Of a stretch of DNA of 64,000 nt, positions 36,123-49,905 are shown in pieces. A model generated the notes under the pieces. The model was not told the origin of the DNA and did not search any database. It was given only the letters and a program-made list of their open reading frames with translations. Numbering within the stretch: the stretch's first letter is position 1; each line of letters opens with the position of its first letter. The DNA comes from Lepidodermella squamata (Eukaryota > Animalia > Gastrotricha), in contig JBLDXI010000007.1 in assembly GCA_047495785.1 (NCBI GenBank), positions 310,001 to 374,000 of the forward strand, given 5' to 3'. A program made the translations under genes and the position numbers.

Positions 36123-37605
36123 ATGATGATGAATTTGCTGCTAATAGCACCGGCTTTGATAGCTATCGCTTACGGGCAAGGTATATATTATATAAGATTG
36201 GCAATTATTCCAGCTTAATTTATTTGATCTCAAATAAACAGAAACATGCCCCGTCAACACGCTGGTGCCCTCGACTTACAACATAACAGCAGCAGCGGCT
36301 AAACGATACCCATTTGTCGAGGCTGGTCTTCAAATTTTCCTCGGCCGTCAAATTGAATGCGATGGTGACATTTTTGGAGCATTTTAGCGATTCAATTCAA
36401 AATTTAATTTTTAGGGTGGCTCACTGAGTGGCATTTCATTGCGCAGAATCGTTTCATCTACGAGACTCATTTCGCAGTTTTTCGCGAGGAGGAGCCAGCT
36501 GGCAGTTTGTTTTTCGATGTAATCGGTGAAACCTATGTTGGCAATGCAGTTGCCCTACCAGAACGGGCCAACGGCACTTTTGACTTCTACCCCGCCAGCG
36601 ATCCTATCGCGGTGAAAAAGGGCGATTACCTCGGCATCTACTACGACGATTACGATCAGGGAATCAACTCGGCAACTGTTATCACTGACCGCGTTGATGT
36701 GAACATCCCTGATGGCGCTCCATTGACTTATGTCTTGCTGTTGGACGCTCTTCGAGGAGTAGCAGTTGGGTCTAAGGTCGATGCGACGCTTTACTCTTCG
36801 AACACATTCCGAGACCCGGCGTTGACTGCTCTGATATCGCCTGAAAAACCGACAACCCCTGCGCCAACTACGACAACGACTACAACCGAGCTCCCTCCGC
36901 CTATTCCATCGACTTTATCAACGACTACCTCAACTACAACTGAATTACCACCGCCGATCCCAACGCTGGAACCAGTGACTACGACGACGTCTACAACAAC
37001 CACGACTACAACAAGAAGGACTACTACTACGACTAAGGCATCAACACCAGCAGCGACGACGACTGAGCTTCCAACCGCTGCTACTAGGAGTGGCTTAGTC
37101 CCTGCGAGTAAGTCCTTAAATCTCGAATTCGAAATTTTTTTATTGAACACTTTCAGGATGTCTACTGGACCTGCCGGGTGATAACGCTTGTGTTGTTAAG
37201 CGAGTTCGGTTTTTCTTTCACTTCATAGTCGGCCGTTGCCGGAGTGACTTCGGCTGCCCGCCTACAGCAGCCAACGAGAACAGTTTCGCTTCTCTGGAAG
37301 AATGTGAAAACATTTGCGTCGCTTCGTTCACTGATTTTAGAGAATGGCAGCAGCCACCTGTCATTCCTAACACATTCCCATTCGCTCCCTCTAATGGCTT
37401 CTACGATCCGAACAATCTCAACGCTAGGCTGAGGGCTGAACTGCTATTCGGCACTAGGGAGCAAGCGATTGCCGTACCAGCTAGTAGTATTGTCAACTCG
37501 CCTGGCGGCAAACCGTTGAACTCATTCCCGCGCGAACTGCCTATCAAAGATTCGCAACGCCCTTATCAATCTCGAAAGCACTTGTGCCACGGCCAAAAAT
37601 GTTGA
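36123..37605 (+). CDS. G12: secreted protein; 1x domain X, Thr/Pro stalk, 1 variant Kunitz domain
   Basis: MMMNLLLIAPALIAIAYGQ|; YPFVEAGLQIFLGRQIECDG; Kunitz CLLDLPGDNACVVKRVRFFFHFIVGRCRSDFGC..NSFASLEECENIC; ends LCHGQKC*. Confidence 0.85.
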
Positions 37606-37871
37606 AAAAACTGTTATTGAATTCGATATTTTATTATGCTATTTATTGTATCTCATTTGTTATTTTAGGTTACATAATAAAAGGGATCATTTTGTTAATT
37701 TAGTGCGTGATCTCGTGTTTTTGAGATGAGCCAAGGTGATAATAACATCATTTTTGACGGAGTAAATAGATGCTACTGGAGTAAACAATCCTTCCCAGAT
37801 GTGTTTTTTTCAATTATATCAAGCATGCTATAACAATTTTTTTGCTATATTGAACGGCTTTTAATAGGATA

Positions 37872-39146
37872 ATGACCAGTAATACCATAGCTCTTGTATT
37901 GAGTGTTTGTTTCGCGTTACTACAAGTCAACGCAGAAGCGGCTTGTCAAACGGGCGAAACTTATGTCCCAACTAAATTCGATCTAGATCGCACGCCAGTT
38001 GCGCCGCTTTTCGAGGCAAATTTTCAAATTTTCACCAATCGCAAGGTCGAATGCGACGGTATGTAACCACATGAAATTACCATTTTTTCTGAAATTTTAA
38101 TTTTTTACAGGAGTTGTTACTAAATTCGCATTCATTCCAAGAACTCGAAATGCGAATGGTCTTCACATTCTCGTTGTTCGGCCTAGGCCAAACAGCCGCT
38201 TTGTAGTTGTTGGCGAGGTTTACGTCAACGGGGTCGTTCTGTCACCCAGCGCTGTTAACAACTGGGTGTTCTACCCAGTTACTGAACCTATTCCAGTAAA
38301 ATCTGGCGATTATTTAGCCATTTTCTACGACAGCGTTGACACGCCAGTTGCGAGTCGTGTTATTACGTCAGAAGAGTCATCTTCAAGTGAATTCCCGACT
38401 TATTCGCTGCTATTAGACGCTTCTTCCGGTGTAAGAGTCGGGGGTGAGTGATTTTTCAATAATTTTCAAAAAATTTCCAAATTGTCAATTTTTAGTTGCC
38501 TTGAATGCGAATGAAACTTACGCGGAAAAGGTGTTCCGATACCCTTTCTTGACGGCAGTTTTGACCTATGTAAGGTTTCGTTTTTTTCAAGGAATTGAGT
38601 GATGATTTGTTTGTTTAGGACCCTCTATCAGCAACTCGAGGTAGGCCTACGGCTAGACCTGTCCCGAACGCTCCAGTAGGTGAAGCGACTACAACAACAA
38701 AGCAGCCGACGATTACTACAACTACAACCACGACTACTCCAACCCCAACGACAACAACCACGACAAAGAAGCCTGTACCGTTCCCTTATTTCGTCCCAAG
38801 TTACGGCCAAGTAGCAACGCTGGCGCCATTCCCAACCAACCCAACCGCGGCGCCAACTCCTATGAATCCTTACCTGATTAGACGGGCGCAAATTCCTGCC
38901 CGTGAGTCTTAGATTCAAGTTTTGAGAGAGTGTGTGTTAAATTTTTTTTATTTTCTAGGATGTGCAGATCAGGTGCCGTCGAATGTTGCCGGGTGCCGAC
39001 TTGGTACCCGCATTTACTTTGTACCACTTCGAGGCGTGTGCCGCGAGGAGTACGGCTGCCTCACGGAGACGACAAACAACTTCCGCACCCTGGACGAATG
39101 CGTCACCGTATGCGGTTCAATCTTAAGTGGCAACAACAAAAAATGA
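37872..39146 (+). CDS. G13: secreted protein; 1x domain X, Thr/Pro stalk, 1 variant Kunitz domain
   Basis: MTSNTIALVLSVCFALLQVNA; FEANFQIFTNRKVECDG; GLHILVVR; VKSGDYLA; Kunitz CADQVPSNVAGCRLGTRIYF..CREEYGC..NNFRTLDECVTVC. Confidence 0.85.
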
Positions 39147-39672
39147 CCACCTTGCAAATGTCATAATATTATATAACAACCGCAGCTTTTCATAACATAG
39201 TTCAAAACACCTCAATGTACTACAAGTACTGTAATAAAAACTGTCGAAGTTATATTAAACGCCGCTGCTGTGCAATTTTTTTTCGGGGTATATTATTATT
39301 AGGCTACCAATCGGCGACGCGCGGTGAAATTTTTTGCGGTGGCCATTTTTGCCTTGAGATGCGGCCGCGGCTATTTTTCAAACTCATCCGGGCTTGTTTT
39401 TCACTTGATAATGAGCTAGTAGCAAGCTGTAAATGACCACTTTTGCCGCGGCTTTCGCTTTACACAAAACAACTCACGAGCCTTGTTGAGAATGCCTTAA
39501 AACATAAGGTATACTAGGTGCTGGCAGAGTTCACACTTATTTTCCTAGTTCTTGACAGCGGTGAGCTAAACAGTCGCCCAGAATAGTGTTTATCTCAAAA
39601 CAACTGAAAAATATTTGAAATATAGAATATTTTCACAGGCATTTAATTAGCTGAATAGAAAAAGGAGGATCA

Positions 39673-41239
39673 ATGTCAATTCCTTTTTTGCTACTCGCCG
39701 GATTTTCGGCAGTCGTAACTGGTTAGTCTTGTTGTGGGTAAATAATTTCGAATACCAATCCACCCTAATTTTTCAGGCCAAATCTGCGAGGTTGAATCAC
39801 CTCGGGCAGTTCCAGTCGATGCTGTTCAAGAACGGCCGGAAGCTTACAATTATTTCGAGGCCGGGCTGCAAATTTTCGAACACTACAGAATTCCATGTGG
39901 TATGTTACCCTTATTAGCCTGATTAATAGGTAATTTTTTTTTTAATTTTTAAGATGGTGCCCTGACTCAATGGCGGTACATGACGTCTCAACCGACTTTT
40001 AGCAAAGTTTATTTCGGCGTTTTCCGGCGTCAGACCGGCCACAGCCCGACTGACTTGGTATTCAACCTGGTTGCCCGGACATACATTAGGACCCAGCCCA
40101 CAAACTGGGAGCCTGGAGTTTGGTTCACAGCTGTCGTAGCCCCAATTCCCGTACAAGCTGGAGATTACCTTGGTAAACAATTTGTGACATCGATTTTCAA
40201 AATCAATAATATTCGAATTTCAGGTTTATTTTACGACAGCTTCCAGACTCCTTATGAGAAGGTTCTTATACCCTCTAAGACTGACGGCTACCCGACCACT
40301 AATACAACCTATGTCTTCCTTTACGATGCCGCTGCCATTGCGGAGAATAATGGTAGATTTTTTAATAATTTTTCAGCTAATTTATTTGATTAATTTTTTT
40401 AGGAGTTGTAAGGGGAGATTATGCTATCCGCCAGCGCCTGCCAGCAATGTACGGAGTAGTAGATAGGATACCCCCGCCGACCGAACCTGAACTCCCCCAG
40501 GTAAGGTTTTTGGGTGTTTAAATCGATATTTAGCCTCAGAATTTTTCATTAATAGGCCTCTCCTGCTCCTCAAGCTGCACCTGTTGAACAAACCACGTCT
40601 ACAACTCGGTCTAGTCCTACTACGTCACCGATAACCAGCACTAAGCCGGCACTGGTAACCCTGCCGAAAACTAATTCATCTGCGGCTGGGACGGCAATCA
40701 ACATCGACCCAGGCACAAGAGTTTCTCGTAAAATTAAATTGCATTTTTTTCGAAAAATTTAGCTATTTTTTTTTAATTAAGGCTGCTTGTTACCTACGCC
40801 TCAACAGCAGAATATTCAGGGATGTACCTGGCCCACGCGACGAGCGTATTTCGACCAAATTCACGGCATCTGCACGGCGTTTTACGGCTGCAGTGCCTCC
40901 AGCGCCGAAAGTCCGGCTAATAATTACGACAGCATGGAGGCGTGCAAAGCCGAATGTCCCGACGCCCCGCGGGCGCTCCCTCTACCCGACCCAGCACCGC
41001 CTGGGACCCCGCCTACCTTTTCGTTCGGCATTCAACCTATCCCTGTTGTTAGCGGAACTAACAAGGAAGCGGATAATGCCAATAATAACTACGGATATGC
41101 CCCTAGTTACCAGAATCCGAACGTGGATAACGCTAATAACCCTAACAACGCCTGGAACAACAATTTGTTCAACCCATTTGTCAACATGTTCGGAAGCTTT
41201 CCGCAAATGTTCGGCAACAATAATAACAAGAAGGACTAG
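39673..41239 (+). CDS. G14: secreted protein; 1x domain X, Pro/Thr stalk, 1 variant Kunitz domain, Asn-rich tail
   Basis: MSIPFLLLAGFSAVVTG|; YFEAGLQIFEHYRIPC|DG; VYFGVFRR; Kunitz CTAFYGC..NNYDSMEACKAEC. Confidence 0.85.
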
Positions 41240-41820
41240 CAAAAATGAACTATGAAACATAATTTTTTTGGACTATAACGTATTTTACTATCACTTCGTA
41301 ATTTTTGTCTCAGAATATTTTTGTAATACATTCGGGATTCATCTCCGCTGGTGTGTATGAAATCGTGTGCACTATTGAACGCGGAATAAAATCAAGACTA
41401 GTTCTGATTGAATTATACTCGGTTAAAAATGTACTCGAAGGCTGAAATTTAGTACATTTTCCGGAGGTGTTTTTACGCCGAGGTCCAAGAGTTGGCACGT
41501 GATATTTCTCGCCTTTTTATAAATTGTACTCAAACAACTTAAAAGAGATAGGAAAAGCAGTAAAATTATCTGCACCCAGCATATAATAAAAAAAACTAAA
41601 AATTAAAAAAAAGTAAAAAATCATCAAAAAATAAAATTGACCGGTAACAAGTGAAAAGTGCGGTTTGGCGTATTTTCTGTATTTTCTAGCAATTGGCAAA
41701 ACGTTTGTTGACTTGAAGTGGGACGATTCTCGGATTCCTATATGTCCTTACTCAGTTTTTCTTACGGATTTCGACTTTTCAAAATTCAGACCTCTAGGAG
41801 GCTCCCATCCACCTTAATAG

Positions 41821-42236
41821 ACGGGAGACCCCAAACTGTTGACTGTCGTTGAAAAGGCTTAACGATTTAGGTTGACGTGGAAGCACTAGCTTGATTCCAT
41901 CACATTTTTTTAAACATCTCGCAAGATTCCTTACCTAAGATTACCCAAAAAAATCGCAACTGCGCATATCAGAATTCATTGCGCGACGGATTATTAATTG
42001 ATGCAATAATAAATTTAATTTTTTAAGCGCGCATTTTTTTATAAATTAGCGATTTTCACCCGTACAATTTGAAACCCATTTTCTCAGCAACCCTGATGGC
42101 TATCGACCTCTTTTTGATATCGTTCAACTCCTCGTTTATTGATCTTGAAAGCGGCATCAAAACCTCGCGATGTCAACAGTTTTGCCAAACGCCAAACGCC
42201 AAACGCCAAACCTCACTTTCCACTTGTTAATGGTCA
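41821..42236 (+). repeat. Dispersed repeat (uninterrupted copy of 25954-26824), with a (GCCAAAC)x4 minisatellite at ~42184-42211
   Basis: Collinear shared blocks with 25954-26258 and 26729-26824. Confidence 0.7.
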
Positions 42237-42863
42237 ATTAAAATAAAATAAAATGAAATAAAATATTAAATTAATATTAAATCAAAATAAATGCAAAATA
42301 AAATCATCAAGTTGGCAGAATATTTTCATGTAAAAAAAAGAGAAAAAAAATGCAAATTTATGAGTCATCAAAACCACGAGAATTTTCCGTAGATGTCAAG
42401 TCGAGAGATGATGATAATGAACATCCAGGAAATGTCTCTATAGCATCGCGTTGCTAACATCCCTTATACTCGTTATAGTACCAGTTGTTAGCATCATATG
42501 ATCACGAAGCGTCGCAAAACGCGCCGTGAGCGCGAAAAAGTGCGTCGCCGCACACGCGCAACTAAAACTGCGCGTATCAACTATAAACAACGATAGCATG
42601 TTTGATGACAATGAGCAGACTGCACGGAAGATAACGCGCTTCGTTTGTTATAGGATTGTCCGCCGGCTTATACCAGCCCAGCAGCTCCCTCAAACTTCGA
42701 TAGTTAAAACAACATTACTGAAGCGTGGTTTAGATGAGCCATGTGATGCTTTCTTTAACCAGTTATTTCACAGAAATTCATCTGTCGCACGTGAAAAACG
42801 CAGGCAGGTAAAAACATAGAGCGACGAGTTATTAACAAGACCTAATATCGAAGAGAAGTCACC

Positions 42864-45390
42864 ATGTATTCGATTTTTTGGTGCCTTGCAATTATCGCAC
42901 CAATCGCTACCTCAGCACTTGATATATGCATGACACCCGGGGTCAGCGGTTACCTCGTTCCATCGGGCCGGGAGCTCGAGCACGAATCAGCTTACCCTTA
43001 TACTGGATCAGCCCTTCAAATTTTTCCGGAATTGACTATTCCATGTGACGGTAATTTTTAACCCCCTTAATCGAGAAAACATTATTTCTCCGATTTTATA
43101 TTCAGGTTTCATTACGCAGTGGCGCTTCATTAGCCGCAACCAATTAGTCTTCGGCTTCCATCTTCTGGTATTCAGGCCGAAGAAGCAGGAATTCGAGCTG
43201 ATTGGCGAAGAGTACTTTAACGCGTTTTCAACAATGCGAGCGAAAAGTTCTCGAATTTCTTACAAACCACCCAATCCATTGCCGGTTAAAAAGGGTGATA
43301 TGATCGGTGAGATTTTGTTAAATCAATTGCCAGCTGTATCATTCGATTTGTATTTTAGGAATCGCTTACGATGACCTATATAGCCCATTGGAGCTGTTGA
43401 CTGTTCCTTCTAAAATTTATCTACCCGAATCATCTGTCGGAAAAATAGATTTCCCACCAGCTTACCTGTATTTCCTAAACTACACTCAGCTTAGAATCTG
43501 TGAGTTTTTTTTATAAAATTTCAATTTTTTTATTAATTTTTTTTTATTTTAGCAAATGGTGGGAAATTAGACGCTAACATAGCTGTTCGGGAACTACGCC
43601 AGCCTGCTTTGTCGGTATTTGTGAGTAAAACCATAAAGCCAGCAATCGGGCCAAAACCGATCGTGACACCAGCGACAAAGCCCGCATTCGATTTCCGAGC
43701 TGAAAATCCCGATTTTTACCCGACTATTCCGCCGCCTCAAATGAAGACTAACCAAGCATCTCTAGCGCCAACTTACTCTATGGATTTCTCGAAACCTGAA
43801 ATGGAGAAAATTCGAATGGAAATCGCTCATGATTTACCACCAGCGGTTATTCCTGTGGTGAAAGAGATCCTAACTACCCCTGCTGGTATTAGGAATACTT
43901 TGAAAGGCAGAAGAACCCGCCTACCCACCTCGACAGCAGCAATGACTACTACTGAGCAAACCCCTGAGCCATTAATCGAAAATATTAATGATTTGCCTGA
44001 AGGTTGGGACTTGGCTATCACTGAGCCATTCCTTGCCACTTCGGAATTTTTAACCACCCTACTAACAACTAATCGTCGGAAAACGACAACGGCCGTCGAT
44101 GACGAAATGTCAACGACTGAAGAAATGCCCGAAGCAACGCCGGTGACGCGAGAGGTTACGCCTCGCATTACAACAGTCGAAGAACTGATACCTGAAGATT
44201 CACCTGTGCCACCGCATGTCGCGCCTGATGTTGTAACACCCGTACCTGGGCTTACCTCAGCGTCCTATCGACCTGGTCAAACGTATTATCCGCCAAGTAA
44301 GGCCATCAGTTGAACTGATTGTTTGTAGTAATTGATTTTTTGCAGGGTGTCTAAATCCGCCGGTCGCTACGCACAACTGCCCGCGGCTGATGTTGCGAGC
44401 GTTTTTTGACTACTCGCGAGGTTCTTGTAGTCCGTTTTTCGGCTGTGAAGCCCGGGCGACAGACGCTAACAACTTCGAATCGATGGCCCACTGCAAAGCC
44501 TACTGCCATTTCTCAATACCCACCGAACGACCTGCTCGGGCTTTGCCAGTTATCTGTAAGAAAATTAATTAAAAAAATCGAATTCATTTTTTATAAGGAA
44601 TTTTAAACGTCCTGGCGTTACATTTTTCCAAATTCGATTTTTTTTTCTTCATCGATAAGAATGGCCCTGGAATTTTGTATTTTAGCTACCAAGTACTAGG
44701 CTAGGTATAAATAGTCTAATATTGGCTTCCAAGACTCATAATATCGGAGCAAATCACTGATTTGTAAAATCGATACATACTTGGAATCGATATCGGCTCT
44801 GAACGTTGAAGTAAAACTCGTAAATTGACCTCAAAAAACGACGGAAAACGACGGTGCGTAATAGTGAAATCTATTGGTTAGGGATGATAACAAAAAAGAT
44901 AGTAGAACTCGAAAAATCATATTTTGGGACAAGCTGGTACTGGAGCTTCGAAATTAGGCTGCGCATTGCTTATTATTTTCTCGCAACTCTGTGACTTATT
45001 GTGATGAATTTCTTAGATCCGGAGTGTAAATTGGCGCCATCATTCTCAAACTGTTTCTTCCCTACAATCCGATTCTACTACGACTCGCAAGAGAAACGAT
45101 GCTCGTCTTACCTCGGCTGCCAGCCTAACAACTACATGACAACAGCAGTGAACAATTTCGCTACTATCGAAGATTGCAACTCAAGATGCGGCTCGGCTGG
45201 ATCTGCTAATGCCTTACCTTCTGTTCAAAGATCAGCTAGCCATAACAGCAACAATAATAAAGGGATGAACAGGAACGAGAATGAGAATAGCTTCTTCTAC
45301 GGCTCTAACAACCTGGCGGATGTCTTCCCGACATTTTTCGGCGGCAACAACGGCAACGGCTTCTTCAACCCTATTTCTAAGTCAACTTGA
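42864..45390 (+). CDS. G15: secreted protein; 1x domain X, long P/T/E stalk, 2 variant Kunitz domains, N/F/G-rich tail
   Basis: MYSIFWCLAIIAPIATSA; YPYTGSALQIFPELTIPCDG; FHLLVFRP; Kunitz CSPFFGC and CSSYLGC, which closely resemble the G1 pair. Confidence 0.85.
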
Positions 45391-46559
45391 TCGAAGTTTC
45401 CGATAATTCTGAAAATATCTGCTCATTTCATTTATTACGTGTAAAAAAATAATGATTGTAGTCGTTGAGGATATGCGAAAAAATCGGAAAATAAATGCAA
45501 CTTTTTATAAAGTACGTTTTCTCACCGTTTTCTGGGGAAAATGAAGCTTAAGTCGAACTTGAAAAAATTTGACATTAATTTGCCGTAGATTTTATTGCGA
45601 AAAAAATGACGCAAAATATCAATTTTCAAAAAATGGAAATTCCTCAAAAAATCGCTACCTTTTTTGCTACATTTTTTAGCTTGGGAAAGCTTTCAACGAG
45701 AATTTCAGAAGAGCTTGGCATATCGACTGCTAAAATGCTAAAATTTCGAAAACTAAACGCATAATATTTTTGAATTCGAAACGAAATGAAAAATTTGCGA
45801 AGTTGAATAGAAATCAAAGCATTTTGAGGCATTTCAATATATAATTTGCTGCTCAATCTTTAGAAAATTAGCCTAAGATTATTGTAATGAATTAATTGCG
45901 GCTTCATCGGCAAACCAAAAGATGTCTAGCCGCAATTAAAAGGCTGCAAAACTAATTGCATCGACATGTCCCTTCGCAACACCACCAGCAGCAGCGATGA
46001 CAATCGCGCAGAATTCTCGTAAGTGCACGTAAAAGGATTAGAGGAATGTGCTCGAAATGATAATATTATTGTTTTTACCGGTCAATTTTGCTGTGTGCGA
46101 GTGCGCGATAAATATCGGCCTTGAATGAGCGAAGAATGCGCGCGCGCACACACAGGTATATAACTTCGTTAAATGCGACCCGCGCGGTATAAAAATTTTT
46201 GCGCGCATTTCCGAAACACATATACAACACAACGCGTGCGCACTGGTGGACGCCGCCGCCGACGATCTTTTCAGGCTATCTGTCTGCCGCTTATTGCCTT
46301 TGTTCGCACGCGGCCTATTATAAATATATATATATCGCACAGGCGGTAGATGGCACCGGCGTCGACGACGACGTCGTTCTCAAGCAGTATAGGCATAGCT
46401 TTAATAAACACGCAACAATTAATTGTTTTGGTGTCAACGCGACAGGAAAAGAATTTGGCTGCCGCCACTTAGTTTTGCAGGTTCGTATCGTGCATTATAG
46501 GTATAGTAAACACAGCCGAAATTTGCCATTTTGCTACTGGCAGTTTCAAACCAGGTAAA

Positions 46560-48180
46560 ATGAAGATAGCTGCTATTCGGTTTTCATTACTGGCCGCTTT
46601 GATTTGTACAATTCATCATATCAAAGGTTCGGCAACTTTATATCAATCAAATTTAGTGATAATTCCTACAATATTTTAGGCGAACAATGCCCGTCCGAAG
46701 AAACTCAAGTTCCGAGAAAGGTCAATTTCGATACCGGGCCGGGCGAGTTCGAACTCATGGAATCTGGCCTACAAATCTACACCCATATCCGCGTATTTTC
46801 ACCTAAAACTCTCTTATTAATGATTTTTCGGCCTTCGTTCTATTTCCCAATAGATCCCATGCGATGGCTGGCTTGAACGTTGGAAGTTCATGGTTGGGCC
46901 CGATCACATTGTAACCGGGTTGCATCTCGGCGTGTTCCGGCCGCGTCAGCCCGATGTTTTCGAGCTTGTAGGCCGGTCGCATTTTGTCATCATGCCAACC
47001 CCGCCTAATACAACGTGGATAAGCCATGCTGTTAAGCAGCGCATAGCCGTCAAAAAAGGCGACTGCCTCGGCATTTTCTACGACAAGTTCGAAACACCCG
47101 CCAAACAATTGACCATCCGGTCGAAACTCCTGCCTGACAGCTATGTTACCCGAAATTTTCCGACTTACGTTCTGGCGATGGATGAAAGCCACCTAGCGCT
47201 GAATAGGACTGTTGACGTTAGCTCTGCTACCCGCGATTTTCGAAGCCCAGCGCTTGCCGCGGTAATTTCCGACTTCGCGCCACTTCCTATGCTATCAGCT
47301 CGAAGTGGCTCGAAAAATAAACAATTTTCGATAACTGCACCTGGCGAGTACTTCAAATCAGTCGAAAAGGCGTTGTTTCAGAAATCCCTCGCCGCAAAAA
47401 CAGCTGCCCAGGCTCAAGACCCGCCCCCGATCGCGCCATTGCTTTCGAAACCCGGCTATATCAACAAATGCGACGGCCCGACAAAGGTCCCATCCGACTT
47501 TGCGAAGCTACCAGTTGAGCGGTATCGATTCGCCGAGACAAGCCTTCAGATTTTCACATCAATGGCCGTTGAATGTGACGGCTATTTATCAGGCTGGCAT
47601 TTCCTAGCTACAAATGACGTAGTTGAAGGTATCCATCTAGCCGTTTTCCGCCGACGAACCTACCAAGCCCCGCATTTGTTGACCCTCGTCGATGAGACTC
47701 ATGTTGTTAATATGAAACCGCCATCACGGGGCGCGAGGGGCTTCTGGGTGACCTATTTACCTGGCAAGCCGTTGTCAGTTAAGGCGGGTGACATTATTGG
47801 ACTTTACTACGACGACTATCAAACGCCGCGAGAGATGGCGTGTATTTTGTCCCAGGCCGATGAGGAACTGGGCATTTTTGGTCGGCCGAAATCTCCTCCA
47901 ACCTACGTTCTCCTTATGGACAGCAATACTCTCAGCGTGAACGGTAAGATGTTTGCTAATTTTTTATATTTAAATTTTAAAATTTTATTAAATTTTTAAA
48001 TATTTAAAAAAAATTCAAATTTTATTCAAATATTTAATTTTTTAATTTAATTTTTTTTTAAATTTCCCATTTATAGATACCGTTGACATTCGAGATGCGG
48101 CGAAAACTCACCGCCTTCCAGCTCTCTCGGCTACAATTGAGCCAATTGGCTATTTTCGCGGCAGGAGAATCATGAAATAA
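46560..48180 (+). CDS. G16: secreted protein; 2x domain X only
   Basis: MKIAAIRFSLLAALICTIHHIKG|; ESGLQIYTHIR|IPCDGWLERWKF; ETSLQIFTSMAVECDG; final exon ..HRLPALSATI..RRIMK* (TAA 48178-48180). Confidence 0.85.
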
Positions 48181-49905
48181 CGTTTAAACTTCAGCTTTAA
48201 TAGTCCTTTTTAACAATAATATTGTGGCTATTTATTTACATATTATAACGAAGCAAAAATCTGTCTTGCTCACGGTGAGAGAAACAAATCGATCAATGAC
48301 TTTCTACTCGAAACTTGTAGATAGCTACTTTATCAGTCCAAATTTAATAACAATCAACCAAAAAAGCTTGGGAAAAGAATAAAAATTTGTTTCGCATGAA
48401 AAAAAGTTTCTTTTTATTATCGCATTTCAAGTACCTTTCCCGCGGAATTTCTGAGCGACGCCGGCGAAAAACAATTTTTATTAATAGAATAAACATTCAG
48501 GCGACTTGAAATAAAAACGGCGCAGAATGTGCGTTAAGTCGAAATATAAAAATAATGAATAAAAACAGGCTCAAGTGTCTGCGAGGTGTGTAACCCTTTG
48601 TTATGGAAGCAACGGGGCCAGAAAACAATAAAACCGCGTTTTGTGTGTTCGCCGTTTTCGCGCGACGGAAGAGCCGGCGCGCGCCTTTTCTTCTATTGCC
48701 TTGCTAATTTCATCTATCGACAGGTACCACAGGTATTCGGAACGGCGCATGAGCAGGAAAAATAACAAAATTATAACTAATAACACGGCCTTTTTTCAAG
48801 CTCTCACGACTCGAAAACCAGGTAAATATCACTGAATGTATAATATAACAATGATGCACTATTAATTTGTATATTTGTTCTGCGCTTATGTGTATATATC
48901 AATAATTATATTAGCAGCTAAAATAAGTATTGTCGTTGCGCATCATTTTTGTTGTCCGGCCCTATACCTGAGAAGCATCGACCATTCACTGTTAATATTG
49001 CATTGAAAATACACAAGTTGTGGATAGATTATTTGCGCAAAAAGAAATAAGTTGTATTGAGCGAGCGCGCAGGCCTCTCGCGCCCATCGAAGCGCGAGTA
49101 AAAACGAACGTGAAAAACGGCGCGGTAATAACTTGTTTCGCATAATAAATATCGCCTTCTTCAGCCTCTCCTGCTCCTTCATCTCGCGCCATCATTATCA
49201 GCATCTTCACAGCGACTGTCGTAGTCTTTCTCGCGCACGTTTTAATTATTGATAATCTACCCAGATTTTTCGCAGCAATTTAACCGGCAAACAAACGCCC
49301 TAATGTAAACACAACACGCGGTGGGACAAAAATTTCGCCCGCACCCTATTGAAAACATCTCACGTCGCGTCTTCTTGTTTTGCTTCATTGCCTCCGCGAG
49401 AGAAAATTCGGCAAGCTCGGCTGCGTAAAAAAAATTCAATTTTCATTAAAGTTTCGCCCTAATATACCTGTTGGCGGGTTTCAATGAGATGACTCCTGCT
49501 TGCAGGTTAATTTTGAAAATTACACGCGCATTGTTTGTTTGTCGCGCTCATATCGATATGATAAAACTTAATATTTCGCCAGCTCGGAAGTTGCGCGCTT
49601 TTGTTGTTTGATCCCGTTTTTGTTGACAGACTCCGATTTTATGCACCGCGGTTAACTTCCGACTCGGATGAATCAGCTTTCATCTATCAGCTGGTAAATA
49701 AAAGGGATTGCCCCATCTCATCCCCAAATAAATGCATAATCACGCAATGGCCAACTTTTTTCTTTGATTTTTTCGTATGCATTACTAATTATAAAAATGC
49801 ATATTTTATAACATTTTATTTGTCAACAGCAATTCACCGCTCTCACGAAATTTGACGCAATTTAATTCTTATTCAGGCTCTTTTTTACATGAAAGATATA
49901 AAATC

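Noticed and set aside
36791-37150. Minus-strand Val-rich ORFs (also 6056-6244, 18778-19035, 21777-22004, 28966-29220, 43827-44168, 50551-50802, 55551-55934, 60457-60711) and poly-Cys ORF 16958-17245
   Set aside because: Antisense shadows of plus-strand poly-Thr (ACN) and poly-Gln (CAR) codons; no independent gene structure.
42184-42211. Short direct repeats (GCCAAAC)x4; also (TAAACAAGT)x3 at ~25498-25526
   Set aside because: No spacers and units far too short for CRISPR; simple slippage repeats in a eukaryotic genome.
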